A stretch of DNA of 50,226 nt, taken from NCBI RefSeq assembly GCF_001194135.2, contig NC_068981.1, positions 127,313,846-127,364,071 on the forward strand. The letters run 5' to 3'. Position 1 is the first letter of the stretch; each line of letters begins with the position of its first letter. The translations under genes were made by a program, and so were the position numbers. The notes beneath the pieces are model-generated. The model did not search any database, had not been told where the DNA came from, and saw only the letters and a list, made by a program, of their open reading frames with translations. Below, piece after piece: positions 12,110 through 24,348 of the stretch. Source of the stretch: Octopus bimaculoides. Taxonomy: Eukaryota.

Positions 12110-12599
12110 AATTTAGGGTAAAAAAAAAACTTTTACCCGCACCCACTTATTGCACTTGGTATAACACTAGTGTAACAATAATTNNNNNNNNNNNNNNNNN
12201 NNNNNNNNNNNNNNNNNNNNNNNNNNNNNNNNNNNNNNNNNNNNNNNNNNNNNNNNNNNNNNNNNNNNNNNNNNNNNNNNNNNNNNNNNNNNNNNNNNNN
12301 NNNNNNNNNNNNNNNNNNNNNNNNNNNNNNNNNNNNNNNNNNNNNNNNNNNNNNNNNNNNNNNNNNNNNNNNNNNNNNNNNNNNNNNNNNNNNNNNNNNN
12401 NNNNNNNNNNNNNNNNNNNNNNNNNNNNNNNNNNNNNNNNNNNNNNNNNNNNNNNNNNNNNNNNNNNNNNNNNNNNNNNNTGTGTGTGTATATATATATG
12501 TATATATATATATATATATATATAAACAATATATGAGTATATGCATATATATGTACATGTATGTATATACCTTCATCCACATGTACATATAGATACATA

Positions 12600-13130
12600 A
12601 CTGAGTACATGACGTGGCAAAAGAACATGGACAAAATGGTAAACAAGGTGCAACAAACAAACAGGCCACATAGAAACATCCCCTTCATCAGCTGCCACCA
12701 TTAAAACCCCGGCGTTTCGAAGAATTAAAGCAGTACGCATCGTTAAAATGGTTCTTCCCACGAACACAAGTTAAATTGTTTTCGTGGAGGGTAGTGGTGG
12801 ACGGAAAACAAGACAGGAAAACGAAACGGTGAAATAAACGAACAAAAGGGCTGTACAGCCAGACGTGAAGTGTGTATGTATAGAACGCTGTGAGGCACGA
12901 ACTGGAGGAGCAAAGAAGTACGTGCGAGCTTGAGGAGTCCAAGAACAAAAATGAGCAACGAGCGGTAGAGAGGGAGAGAGGGAGAGAGATAGTAGTAGTA
13001 ACAGTGAGAGGGGAAGGACGAGCAGCGAGAGATAGAGAGAGAGAGATAGTAGTGACAGGGAGAGGCAAAGAACAGTAGAAGGAAGAATGAGAGGGGGAGA
13101 TAGATATAGAGATAGAGAGAGTCGCGTTAG
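12600..13130 (-). mobile_element. CpG-rich unclassified repeat with hammerhead-like motifs (Penelope terminal-repeat-like)
   Basis: The minus strand has ttcttcGAAACgccggggt...gcagCTGATGAagggg, between (TA)n and GA-rich tracts. Classification is inference. Confidence 0.35.
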
Positions 13131-13456
13131 AAAAATAGTATATATATGTATCTGTATATATATATGTGTTTATATTAATTCAATTTTGGGGGATTAATCG
13201 ATATGTAGGTATTCTATTTCAGATAATACAAAAAATAACCTAATGAGTCTATCTGAAAGTAAACTCATGTTATCAGTTTGCACATCACGAAATAATACTT
13301 AAAGGATATAACCAAAATTACCAGCAGGGTATATATTATACTTCATTAATTTTCTCCTACTTTTAGTTATTAGATAAATTTATTAAACATGAAGGAACTA
13401 CACAGGTTTCAGTATTGGAAGATTACAATATATATACATATACACAACTCTATATG

Positions 13457-13460
<4 letters not shown>

Positions 13461-13509
<49 letters not shown>
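13461..13509. repeat. (TA)n microsatellite (one of many; others at 14423-14460, 15174-15566, 37560-37620, 45421-45445)
   Basis: Directly visible. Confidence 0.95.
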
Positions 13510-13511
<2 letters not shown>

Positions 13512-13529
13512 CATATATGCTATTGTCAG

Positions 13530-13900
13530 ATTTACAATTATTCCAACATATCTTCAGGTTCTTTTTCAAAATATTATATATTTAATTTTACATATGAGCA
13601 ATAGTAAGAAACATAGTAATGTATACAAGAGATATAATATACCAAAGAATAACAATTTAATACCGATGATGTCTACTAAAATGATAATATAAAAAATAAA
13701 AAGGATATTATATGGTTGATTATTCTATATGGGGCTGAAGTGATGACTAATATTATTAAGGAGACACTTAAAATAGTAAAAATGGTTTTTAAAAAGGACA
13801 ATAGTTATTCAAATATATTTTCCAATAAAACCATAAGAGTGGGATACTCAACATCAAGAAATGTAGGCAATATCATTTCCTCTATGCGGTTTTACATAGG
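13530..13900 (+). mobile_element. Penelope-like element fragment (RT to GIY-YIG linker)
   Basis: KKDIIWLIILYGAEVMTNIIKETLKIVKMVFKKDNSYSNIFSNKTIRVGYSTSRNVGNIISS resembles the PLE pattern IIWFNPPY...TNIG..FL.....F.......IFN..T.K.SYS...N...II. Confidence 0.6.
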
Positions 13901-14422
13901 GTAAACATGTTTGAAAGCTTTGGTTTTTTTGGTATGTTTGTTCCCAAACAACACTTATTTTCATGCTGTCGACACCGCCAGATTGAATGGTGCTGCCCAG
14001 GTGTTAAAACAATAATGATATCCATAGGATACCTAATGATGGAGGTATGTTGAATTCTTGGTATGGCTGTTTTTGTATATATGGAATAGTATTATAACAT
14101 CCATTTGATATATACCATATTGGATGGCATAAAAAATGCATAGGCATAATAGACATACCCTGTTTCTACAGTACATATTCAGGAACACCTTTTAGTGCAT
14201 CAAAGCTTATACGGGGTCTAATTTTGCATATAGGCTCCAGGGTAACATTTTTGAGAAATTATTTTTTTCTAGAAGTGTGTCTTATAAACCATCAAATATG
14301 GTATGTATATTACGTGCGTATACACACACACACACACACCTTTCGCACCCATCAAGGTGAAGAAGCTCAATCACTGGCTACAGATCTACTACTCAGATCC
14401 AAGTTAACACAAATCAATGGAG

Positions 14423-14464
<42 letters not shown>

Positions 14465-14579
14465 CTCTTTCGGAGAGAGGCACAAGCACATCCACAGACA
14501 TATACACACACGGCAGTAACTTCCGCCTACCAAATTCAATCACAAACTTCGGGGTTATAGCAGAAGACACTTGCCCAAG

Positions 14580-14611
<32 letters not shown>

Positions 14612-15169
14612 ATATATATGAATGCATGTGTATGTATATGTAAATATATATATGCATATAAATTGTATATATATATTATTATAGAGAGAAAGAGGTGCAC
14701 ACGTGTGTGTGTTCCCATATATGTGTGTACATATGTATGTATGTATGTATATTTATATATATGTACTTATGTGCATGTATACACACACTGATATATAGAT
14801 ATACATACTTGCCCATACTAATGTATATTTGAAATATTCACTTAAAGTCCTGTATACACTAATACATGCATGTACATACAAATGTAAAGCATTTCAAAGA
14901 ATCTGTTTGTGGTGTCATTCTTAGCCGTTAGAGTACATTACTGCTGCAAATGGCTGTATCAGCAGCTTTTATCCAAAATGGCACATATACACATGCACAC
15001 TCACTGTGGATCTAGGAGCTGCTTTCTGTTGCTGTGACAACTTAATTGATGCTTTGTACAAAAACTAATAATAGCTAATGTATAGTGTAAAATTTCAAAG
15101 GCTGCATGGAGTTAGAAAGGCTTCCCAACCCATCACTGCCAGCATAGTGATTCTATAGATAAATAACTG

Positions 15170-15222
<53 letters not shown>

Positions 15223-15529
15223 NNNNNNNNNNNNNNNNNNNNNNNNNNNNNNNNNNNNNNNNNNNNNNNNNNNNNNNNNNNNNNNNNNNNNNNNNNNNNN
15301 NNNNNNNNNNNNNNNNNNNNNNNNNNNNNNNNNNNNNNNNNNNNNNNNNNNNNNNNNNNNNNNNNNNNNNNNNNNNNNNNNNNNNNNNNNNNNNNNNNNN
15401 NNNNNNNNNNNNNNNNNNNNNNNNNNNNNNNNNNNNNNNNNNNNNNNNNNNNNNNNNNNNNNNNNNNNNNNNNNNNNNNNNNNNNNNNNNNNNNNNNNNN
15501 NNNNNNNNNNNNNNNNNNNNNNNNNNNNN

Positions 15530-15565
<36 letters not shown>

Positions 15566-15566
<1 letters not shown>

Positions 15567-15716
15567 TACGACGGGCTTCTTTCAGTTTCTGTCTACCAAA
15601 TCTACTCAAGGCTTTGATTGGCCCGAGGCTATGGTAGAAGACACTTGCCCAAGGTGTCACACAGTGGGAATGAACCTGGAACCATGTGGTTGGTAAGCAA
15701 GCTACTTACCACACAC
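15566..15716 (-). mobile_element. SINE family B 5' part
   Basis: acgacgggcttctttcagtttctgtctacc...gaagacacttgcccaagg...gaaccatgtggttggtaagcaagctacttaccacac. Confidence 0.85.
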
Positions 15717-16187
15717 CCACTATATATATATATGGATGTATGTGTGTATGTGTACATTTTTCTTTCTCCTTTGTTTAGCAGTAAAACTAGTCATAAAATC
15801 TTACAAGAAATAGATTGTTGCAGTGGTTCCTGAACTTTTTTTTTTACTTTTAGTTCTACAACAGATGCAGGCAGATCTATGTGGTTAGGAAACAAACTTC
15901 TTACTACATCGCTCCCAACAATTCTTTTTATAATTTTTTTATTTTCATGGCACACACCTTTCAAATTCCTAGCCATGTGCATTTGTAAGCAACATTTATT
16001 AAGTAGAATGCTTTGATTGATTGTTGGGTTGTTCCATTTGGTTGGTTCTGTTTTCTTTTTCTACTCAGTGTAAACTCCCACTCCTGTTATATCAAGTACA
16101 AAACCACAAAGGTCCAATATCTTGGGCCTCTGTGAACAATATGAGAAAAGATTATTATTATCATCATAATCATTATTATCATCATCA

Positions 16188-16970
16188 AGGCAACAAACTG
16201 GCAGAAACATTAGCACACTAGACAAAATGCTTAGTGACATTTCATCAGTCTATGTTCTGAGTTCAAATTCTGTCAAGGTCAATTTTGCCTTTCATCTCTC
16301 AGAGTAGATAAAGTACCACTTGAACACGAGGGTCAATGTAATCAACTAGTGCCCTCTCCCAAAATTGCTGGCCTGGTAAAATTGCTGGCCTGGTACCAAA
16401 ATTTGAAATCATTATTATTGGATTGGCAAGCTGGCAGAATCATTATGACATCATACAAAATGCTTAGCAACACTTTGACCAAAGTCAACTTTTCCTTTCA
16501 TCCTTTTGGGGGTCAATAGAATAAGTACCAGTTGAACACTGGGGTCAATGTAATTGACTTACTCCTCCCTTAAGATTGCTGGCATTGTGCCAAAATTTGA
16601 AACCATTATTTTTATTAGAACAGAGGATTGGCAGATTGGTTTCGGGTTCAGAAATACCTTGGGATTTTTTGTTTCAGTTCTTTAGGTTCTGAGTTCAAAG
16701 CCTGCTTGAGCCAACATTGCCTTTCGTCCTTCCAGGGTCAGTGAAATAAAATACCAATGATATATTGGGGTCAGTATTATTGACTGATACTCTTCCCTGA
16801 AAACTTCTGGCCTTGTGCCTAAATTAGAAGCCATTATTTTAAGGCAGTGAACTGGAAAAATTCATTAAAGCATCAGAGAAAATACCTTGTGGTATTTCTT
16901 TGGGCTTTTTATATTCTGAGTTCAAATTCTACTGCTTTTAACATTGTCTTTCATCTTATCAGAGTCTCTA
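16188..16970 (+). mobile_element. Head-to-tail array of four SINE family A copies
   Basis: Starts near 16188, 16420, 16617 and 16841, each with ctggcaga...gagttcaaatt...gcctttcatc...ggtcaatgtaat...ggccttgtgcc, separated by short (ATT)n tails. Confidence 0.8.
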
Positions 16971-17217
16971 AATTAGTAACCAAATCTTCCTCATTTTCAT
17001 GCTCCACACCTGAAAATAATTATATATTGGTTAATGTAACACAAGATACACTGTTGAAATAAAAATTAGGATGGTCATGGCTGGAACACCTTTGATCATA
17101 TTCTGCTGGATCAGGATGGACCTGGTGCTAAACAGCAGCAACAATAAAATATTATGTTATTGATACTGTATCAGTGTGTGATACATAGATTACTATAATT
17201 ATATTTGTCTTCTGATT

Positions 17218-17405
17218 AGCACGCCAGACAAAATGCTTAGCGGTATTTCGTCTGTCTTTACTTTCTGAGTTCAAATTCCGCCAAGGTCAACTTTTGCCTG
17301 TCATCTTTTCGGGGTTGATAAATTAAGTACCAGTTGCATACTGAGGTCAATCTAATCGACTGGCCCCCTTCCTAAAAATTTCGGGCCTTGTGCCTAAAGT
17401 AGTAA
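17218..17405 (+). mobile_element. SINE family A, 5'-truncated, near consensus
   Basis: ttagcacgccagacaaaatgcttagcggtatttcgtctg...gagttcaaattccgccaagg...aaattaagtaccagt...gggccttgtgcctaaagtag. Confidence 0.85.
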
Positions 17406-18451
17406 AGTATATTTATCTTCTGATCCACCCATTTTTATTTGATTTTATTTATTTATTTTCAATCAATATTTCACTCTTGTGACTGAAATATAATAGTTAG
17501 GCCTCTTATAATATTAATAATAATAATAATAATAATAATAATGGTTATAATAATGATCTCCTCAATAATAATATATATGCATGTGTGTGTAAAAACATAG
17601 ACAATACAATGAAGTCTTTTACAATTATCTGAAGACACAGAATGCCTATCTTTCAAGTAGTCTCTATTGCTTTATGACTCACTCAATTGCACAGACTTGC
17701 CAAAGTGCAGCAATAGCTGAGATACATTGTTATAGTCAGCCATCACTGGCAAACATTTTCTACCCAAAGTCTTTGCTTCCCTTCACTTTTTGCTGCTAAG
17801 TCTGTAATGCTGTTGCAAGCATTAGGTACAGAAGTGCTGCACATAGTTACAGTGCTTCTTGTTGTCAACTAGACACTGCAACCTGTAGTCAGTTTTCATT
17901 GCTTTTCATTTTCTCTTCCTTAACCTTTTCCCTTAATGAATTAAGGAATTCTTCATGTTCATATGTTAATTATTTCATCATTAATATATTAAACTGTTTG
18001 GCTTTTTTTTTTGTTTTGTTTTGTTTTTGTTTGGGTTTTTTTTTGGGGGGGGGGGTTCAGGACACACAAAGCTCTAGACTTATAAAGAATTGTGTAATCT
18101 TCATGAACTTTTGAAATGCATTTAGACATTAAATGAAATGAAGTTAAATGGCTTCTACAAGAAATCTAAACCAAGTTGCTGGCTTGACTTGCTGGAAGCT
18201 TGCCTCTATTCTAAAGTACAATACAATCCACTTGCAGAGACACATTGCTTCATATTTAAAGGCAATGGTAAATAAGATTGTGTAATATTCATTCATTAAT
18301 TTCTTCAGCTCTGATTTGTAAACCCAGCTGTGATTATACCTTCCCATCTTTTTTTTTTTTTTGAGATATCAGAGATTACATCATCCAATGATTCCTTTAT
18401 TTGAGGTGGTCAGGCATGATTTGTGTAAGGTTTAACTATTATTTCTAACAG

Positions 18452-18508
18452 ATAAGCAACCATGTAGATGCCTTCTCACTGGTCGAATTTCTTGAGTATG
18501 TTCACAAT
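18452..18508 (+). CDS. Candidate upstream coding exon of the RGS gene (ISNHVDAFSLVEFLEYVHN)
   Basis: Acceptor ttatttctaacag| and donor AAT|gtaagt; 57 nt. Only the phase-0 frame is open, which is the phase needed by the exon at 24349. I recognise no homology. Confidence 0.45.
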
Positions 18509-18898
18509 GTAAGTGAAGTAAGCTAACTACAAATAGGATTTTTAAACTGCATTTGAAATGATCTTTTGATATAGAAAAATTAAAACGTACATCATCATTG
18601 TTATCATAATTTAAGTCTATTTTCCATGCTGGCATGGGCTAGACTATTCTGTATATTAATAATATACATTCAGCACATTAATACTTTCTGACAGTTTTCA
18701 TGCCACATAGGAGAACATAGCTGATAATATCAACCACAGTGCTTCATTGGTACTCGGTTAATTTATCAAATCTCAAGAGAATGGAAGGCTAAGTTCAAAT
18801 CCAAAGTGGGATTTGAACTCAAATACAAAAGGAAGTAATGCAATACCATAAGATACTGTTGTCTGATATTATACCAATTCATCCGTCCACCAATCCTA

Positions 18899-19128
18899 AT
18901 AATAATAATAATAATAATAATTTCTTACATGTATTCAAGGTTAGAAATTTGGAGAGGTTTGTCAGTTGATTAAAATGGTCTTCCTATTTGACTCATACTT
19001 TACAGATTCTAAAATAATAATAATAATAATAATAATTTCTTACATGTATTCAAGGTTAGAAATTTGGAGAGATTTGTCAGGTGATTAAAATGGTCTTCCT
19101 ATTTGACTCATACTTTACAGATTCTAAA
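18899..19128. repeat. Tandem duplication, 2 x 115 bp
   Basis: (TAA)n-tttcttacatgtattcaagg...tactttacagattctaaaa repeated at 18921 and 19036 with two substitutions. Confidence 0.9.
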
Positions 19129-19708
19129 AAAATGAAAGGTAAAGTTAACCACAGGATTTGGGCTCAGAGCATAAATAGTTGTGACACACTATAAAGCAGT
19201 TTGTTCAATACTCTTATAATATTATTACAACTGCTACTGCTGTAATATTAATAACAGAGGCACAAGGCCTTAAGCTTGAAATATTTATTTTTAATTGTTA
19301 ATATTTTATTCTATTTCTTTAACTCCTAAAATTCCCTTCCCTCACTTGAGAAGGCTGAAAAACAAAGTTGACTTTGTTAAATTTGAAACCATCAGAACTG
19401 CAACTAAATAATATAAAGCTTTTGTGATATTTCTTCTTAGTCTCTGTGATGTTAACAAGGAGGGAGTGAAAGGTTTGCATTATCAACATAGAAGTAAGGC
19501 TCTATCATGTCTACCACTCTGCTGCTTGAAAAGAATTTTTTTCTTTTGCATCCTGAAGCATGAAGTTTATATAGAGTGAGAGAAGGGTAGAAACTGACTG
19601 ATTGGTAGTAATATTCATAAACTACCCAGTTGAATTAACTATGCCCATGGATCAATAAACTCAACTCTCTGAGGTTTATTTCATACATTATTGCACTTTC
19701 CATTTCAT

Positions 19709-19740
<32 letters not shown>

Positions 19741-19742
<2 letters not shown>

Positions 19743-20160
19743 GGTGCAAGCTGGCAGAATCATTAGCATGCCAGGCAAAATGCTTAGTGGTATTTCGTCT
19801 GCTGCTATGTTCTGAGTTCAAATTCCACCAACATTGTCTTTGCCGTTCATCCTTTTGGGCTCAATAAAATAAGTACCAGTCAGACACTGGGGATCGATGT
19901 AATCAACTAGTCCCTTCCTCACAAATTTGACGCCTTGTGCCTCCAGTAGAAAGGATTATTGTTATTAATAAGGTGGCAAGCAAGCAGAATCATAAAGCAC
20001 GCCAGACAAAATGCTTAGTGGCATTTCATTTGTCTTTATGTTCTGAGTTCAAATTCAACTTTGCCTTTCATCCTTTAAGTACCAGTCGAGCACTGGGGTC
20101 AGTGTAAAACCACTTACCCCTACCCTGAAATTGCTGGCCTTGTGCCAAAATTTGAAATCA
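19741..20160 (+). mobile_element. Two tandem SINE family A copies between (ATT)n tracts
   Basis: Heads at 19741 and about 19971 with family A body motifs. Confidence 0.8.
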
Positions 20161-21087
20161 TTATCATTATTATTATTAAATAAATCGATGCAGTCATATG
20201 GTATTTCCCTCCATTGAAAGTCTTCATCAATCAAATTCTTTAACCTTCCTTCTTTTCTTTTCTTATATTGGTCTCTCTTTTGCTGCTTCCTATTCACTTC
20301 CACACTTTACTGTTCTGGCAGAAATTTTCCATTTGTTGTCTGACTGTAACTCTCNNNNNNNNNNGCTTGGTAACTCCTTCCTATCCTCTCTAACAAATTT
20401 TGTGTGTATACATATTTAGACGTACGCGCACACATACACACATGCACATGCACACATACACCAACTTACCCCTGTAGTATCAGCCAACATACTGCTATAA
20501 TAGTGCTGTCTCATAGAAGGTGTATTATTTAAATTTCTGATTCTGGTTAGTAAAAATTTCAGTGTTTATTCTGTTTTCTCTTCAAATCTGTAATATTTTG
20601 CATTAATTATCATTTATTTCCATCTAAAGTTTAACCCTGGATTTTCCATATTGGTATATTCATAATTCGCACCCTGAGAATTTACTTTAACTCTTTCGTT
20701 GCCGTCAGTCTACATCAGTAGCCATTCAGTACAACCTTTGAACTGTCTGTTATATTAGTTGCAATTTTGACATTTTGTTTGTTCATTTATTATTTCAATT
20801 TTCACTAAATTTCCTTTCTTTTTTTTAAAGAATTTTTTTTAAACATTCAAATACATTTAGTTCTTTTTCTTGACTGTCAATTCTAATATTTTAATCTACT
20901 TGTATAATACTTGTAATTAAGTCTTTTTAAAGCTAATTTTGCTTTAGCAAAGTCATTTTAATGTACATCTACCACAATGAATATTCAACACATTGCATAA
21001 ATTTTTTTTTAAACATTAATTTTTCTAGTTAGATTTTTTTATGTATTTAATTATCTTAATTCTTTTTGGGTGTGCATAAACTCAGGG

Positions 21088-21123
<36 letters not shown>

Positions 21124-22279
21124 TAAATTTCAGCAAGAGACTTCATACTGTATTATCATTCTTCAAACATTTTTTTGAAATTTTGTCAGGAATGTGGAAC
21201 TTAGTGCAAATAACACCTCAAACTAAATACGTTACATTTCTACATTCAAATCATAGTAGAATTGACTTGACTTAACTTGGCATTTCTATTTTGTTGCTCT
21301 TGGATAAAATTTTACCATCAGTAATATTAAGCCCTAATTTCAATCAGCTATATCACTATCCCTTTTTTGAATAAAAGGGTCTTGTGGGTTCTCTTCCCAT
21401 GCAAAATAAAATCAATAATTCAATTAGTGATTATTATTATTATTATCATTATTGTTATTGTCAAGTGCTGGGTCTGGACAGCTATGCTATACTGTACCTA
21501 GTTTGATGCCTCACTGTTCTGGGTTTCAAATTCCTTTAAGTCTGTAAAATATCAACCAATAATGTAGGCAAGGATTGATTGAGTGATTGATTCAGTCACT
21601 GATACAAAAAGAATGATAGCTTTTTCTTTTATTTATTTATTTTGATATCAAACCATGAAGCCCAGTAAAAGTCAATTATTAGTTATATAAACAATGAGCT
21701 GTAGTAGAAGACACTTGCCAGAGGTGCCATGCAGTGGGACTGAACTCAAAGCTATGTACTTTTCATCTTATATATATTTCTTACCAGACACTTGATTCCT
21801 TTGATAATAACCTGTATGAGAGTCTCTCTGGTTCTATAATAAAATTTCTTATGTTAAAGTATTCATATAATAATTTTGTATATGTAAGTCCCTTTTGTTA
21901 TGTTCCAAACACCAGTTTGATTTTGACTCAGTTTCCTTATTGAATCACCAAATTTCTCATTTTTTTTTTTTTTTTTTAAAGTTAATTGCAAAACACAAGC
22001 AGCGAATTTCACTAGATATTACAATCAAGATGGACTGCCTCAGTCCCCTGTCTGAGTGGCATATGTAATATGTAATGATTCATAGTACTGTGCCTCAAAG
22101 CAAGGCTTATAATCTTGCTTACCTCATTTTATCTGCTATGCAATATACAAAAGCATCCTCTTGCATTTCTGGTGGTAGTTTTGCAGGTTTTATGGTTGCA
22201 GAGAAATTGCAGACAGTGTTCTTTATATGTTCTGTTGCAACACAACACCATTTTTGAAAATATTTGTTGTTGTTATTAA

Positions 22280-22427
22280 AGCCATGAACTGAGAGTTAAC
22301 ACACTGGACAAAATACTTAGCAGCTTTTCATCTGCTTTTACATTCTGAGTTCAAATTCCACCAAGGTCGACTTTGCCTTTCATCCTTTCAGGGTTGATAA
22401 AATAAGTACCAGTTGAATGTTGGGTCG

Positions 22428-22477
<50 letters not shown>
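22280..22477 (+). mobile_element. SINE family A followed by a long (ATT)n tract
   Basis: ctgagttcaaattccaccaaggtcgactttgcctttcatcc...aagtaccagt, then (att)n at 22429-22477. Confidence 0.8.
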
Positions 22478-22478
<1 letters not shown>

Positions 22479-22515
22479 GTACGGAGGAAAGGTAGTGCCC
22501 TTGAACCCATTATAG

Positions 22516-22743
22516 CAGCAGTCCCCAACCTTTTTTGCACCACGGACCAGTTTCATGCAAGACAGGTTTTCAACAGACTGAGGATCACATTCATAACAAA
22601 ACACAATAAATTATTACATGTATAATACAAAAAACACTTTGCAGATTATGATAGTCAATAAAATAGAAATAAAGTTTACAAATTTATTCTTTCTTTGTGG
22701 CCCAGTACCAAAGGATCCATAGCCCAGTGACAGAGGATCCCTG
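22516..22743. mobile_element. hAT (Charlie/MER1-like) MITE
   Basis: Begins cagcagtccccaacctttttt-gcaccacggacc and ends gtggcccagtacc...gaggatccctg. Degenerate 8-bp flanks cattatag/ctttacaa. Confidence 0.55.
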
Positions 22744-22899
22744 CTTTACAAGACCTCCAAGACTGGTGTAATAGAAGGAGAGAAGATCTCCTCAAACAGG
22801 AGATCTGACTTAAATGTTTGCAACAGAGTTTTAACTATGTCACTATTAAAAGCACCACAGTTCAGGTTGTGGTATTAAACTGAGCAATTAAATACTATT

Positions 22900-23720
22900 T
22901 GGAAATTTGGGGATTTGGACAAGTGAATAGTAGAAATGGACAGACCTCAGAGAATAGTTTCAGTCAAGCACTTATTTGTCTTAAATGGGTTGAGTATGAA
23001 ACACATTTGCTGCCAGGGATTGTCTGCATAGAACTGAAGGAACTCTGACCAGTTAGCAAGTCTAAACATTAAAAGGGTTTGAGTGTTGTACAGTAGAAGG
23101 ATGTGCAGTATGTTGCTGTTATTAAACAGTGATTGGACAATCCAATGAGTGCAAAGATAGTAATACATGAATAAAAGCTGTGTGTGAAGGTAATAAAAAG
23201 ATCAATGGTATTTTGTGTGTTGATATGTCTATCAGAGATATGAATAGATATGGATATTAAATGGTGCAGACAGTTTGCAATGATAAACAATTCGGCCTCT
23301 GTGCCAGCAGTGTTGGTATGGAAGGAGTGTGAGGGCCCGGGGGAATTATATACATTGAATTCCCCAAGTACGATGAAGTCATCACACTGGGTGGGATTGG
23401 TAATGTGAGGTGGGTGTCATCAGTGTACGAAGTGAGATTGTCAAACAGCTTGATATGGATTGGGTGTGTTTGGGGATGTCTAAATCAGAAATATCTAAAT
23501 CAAAGTGGCTAGAGCTAGTTGGTAATTGAAGTCCAGATGAGAGAAGTGAATAGTGCATAGAGAATTCTATATTTGTACAGACACTACATTTCAGAGCTAC
23601 GTTAAAATACAGAGTATAGCCTGGACAACACAGATAGGTTGAAGGTAGAGAGATTTGGGCCTCAGGTAAGCCAATTTGAATATGAAACAATTGTAACTAT
23701 TTCCACATATTTCGGCAATA
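22900..23720 (-). mobile_element. Degenerate CR1/Jockey-group LINE, APE endonuclease region
   Basis: Minus-strand fragments DFIVLGEFNVYN (GDFNVH motif), NTIDLFIT...LSNHCLI (TLDL..T, SDH), LANWSEFLQFYADNPWQQMCF; multiple frameshifts and stops. Confidence 0.7.
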
Positions 23721-24348
23721 CACTAGCATCTTTTTTATTGGTGCAAAAGTCATCACAAGTCATGCACTTATTTAGTAGTGGACAAAGTCAGAAACTTGTG
23801 AAAGGTATTCGTGGTAAGGCTCTCAGCTCAATAGAGTTCAAATGTGGAATTATTAAAAAGGCCGGTATTAATTGGACATACAATTAGCTTGTTTATTCTG
23901 ACCTACAGCTGTTTTTTTTACTCTTTATGTCATCATAAACACCAATAATTATGAAACAATATCCATTGTGTGTTTCAGAATACTCTGCAGTGGTTACTAG
24001 TTTTTACCTGGTTGCCAAAACAGATTTTTTTTTTTCTTTTAGTTTTTTAGTTTTTACCTGAAATATAGAATCCGAAAAACATGCATTCCTATGATTTCAG
24101 TGCCAAATCAATTATTGTCAATTTAACTTTGAAATTCTATCTGCAACTGCTTAAATGGAACACATTCGAATTTCAATTGTATTTCAGATGGTACAAATGT
24201 CTTCATTTTGAGTTTATTGATATATTCAACTATACACATCCTGAATAAATATTAATTGCTGTAAAAATATTTATTTTTAAGTGTCAGTAAAATTTTATTT
24301 CTACCTAATGTAATCAAATTAAATTTTTATTTTTAATTCTATTTCAAG

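Noticed and set aside
14924-15068. Open Cys-rich frame after an AG (PLEYITAANGC...FCCCDNL)
   Set aside because: No convincing donor before the stop; no homology recognised.
9803-15660. Long ORFs rich in X, YI, HT or CV (also 37365-37772, 44452-44832, 45642-46364)
   Set aside because: Produced by N gaps and dinucleotide microsatellites.
16188-16970. Regularly spaced repeats suggestive of a CRISPR-like array
   Set aside because: The units are ~200-bp diverged SINEs in a eukaryotic intron; there are no identical short repeats with unique spacers and no cas genes.
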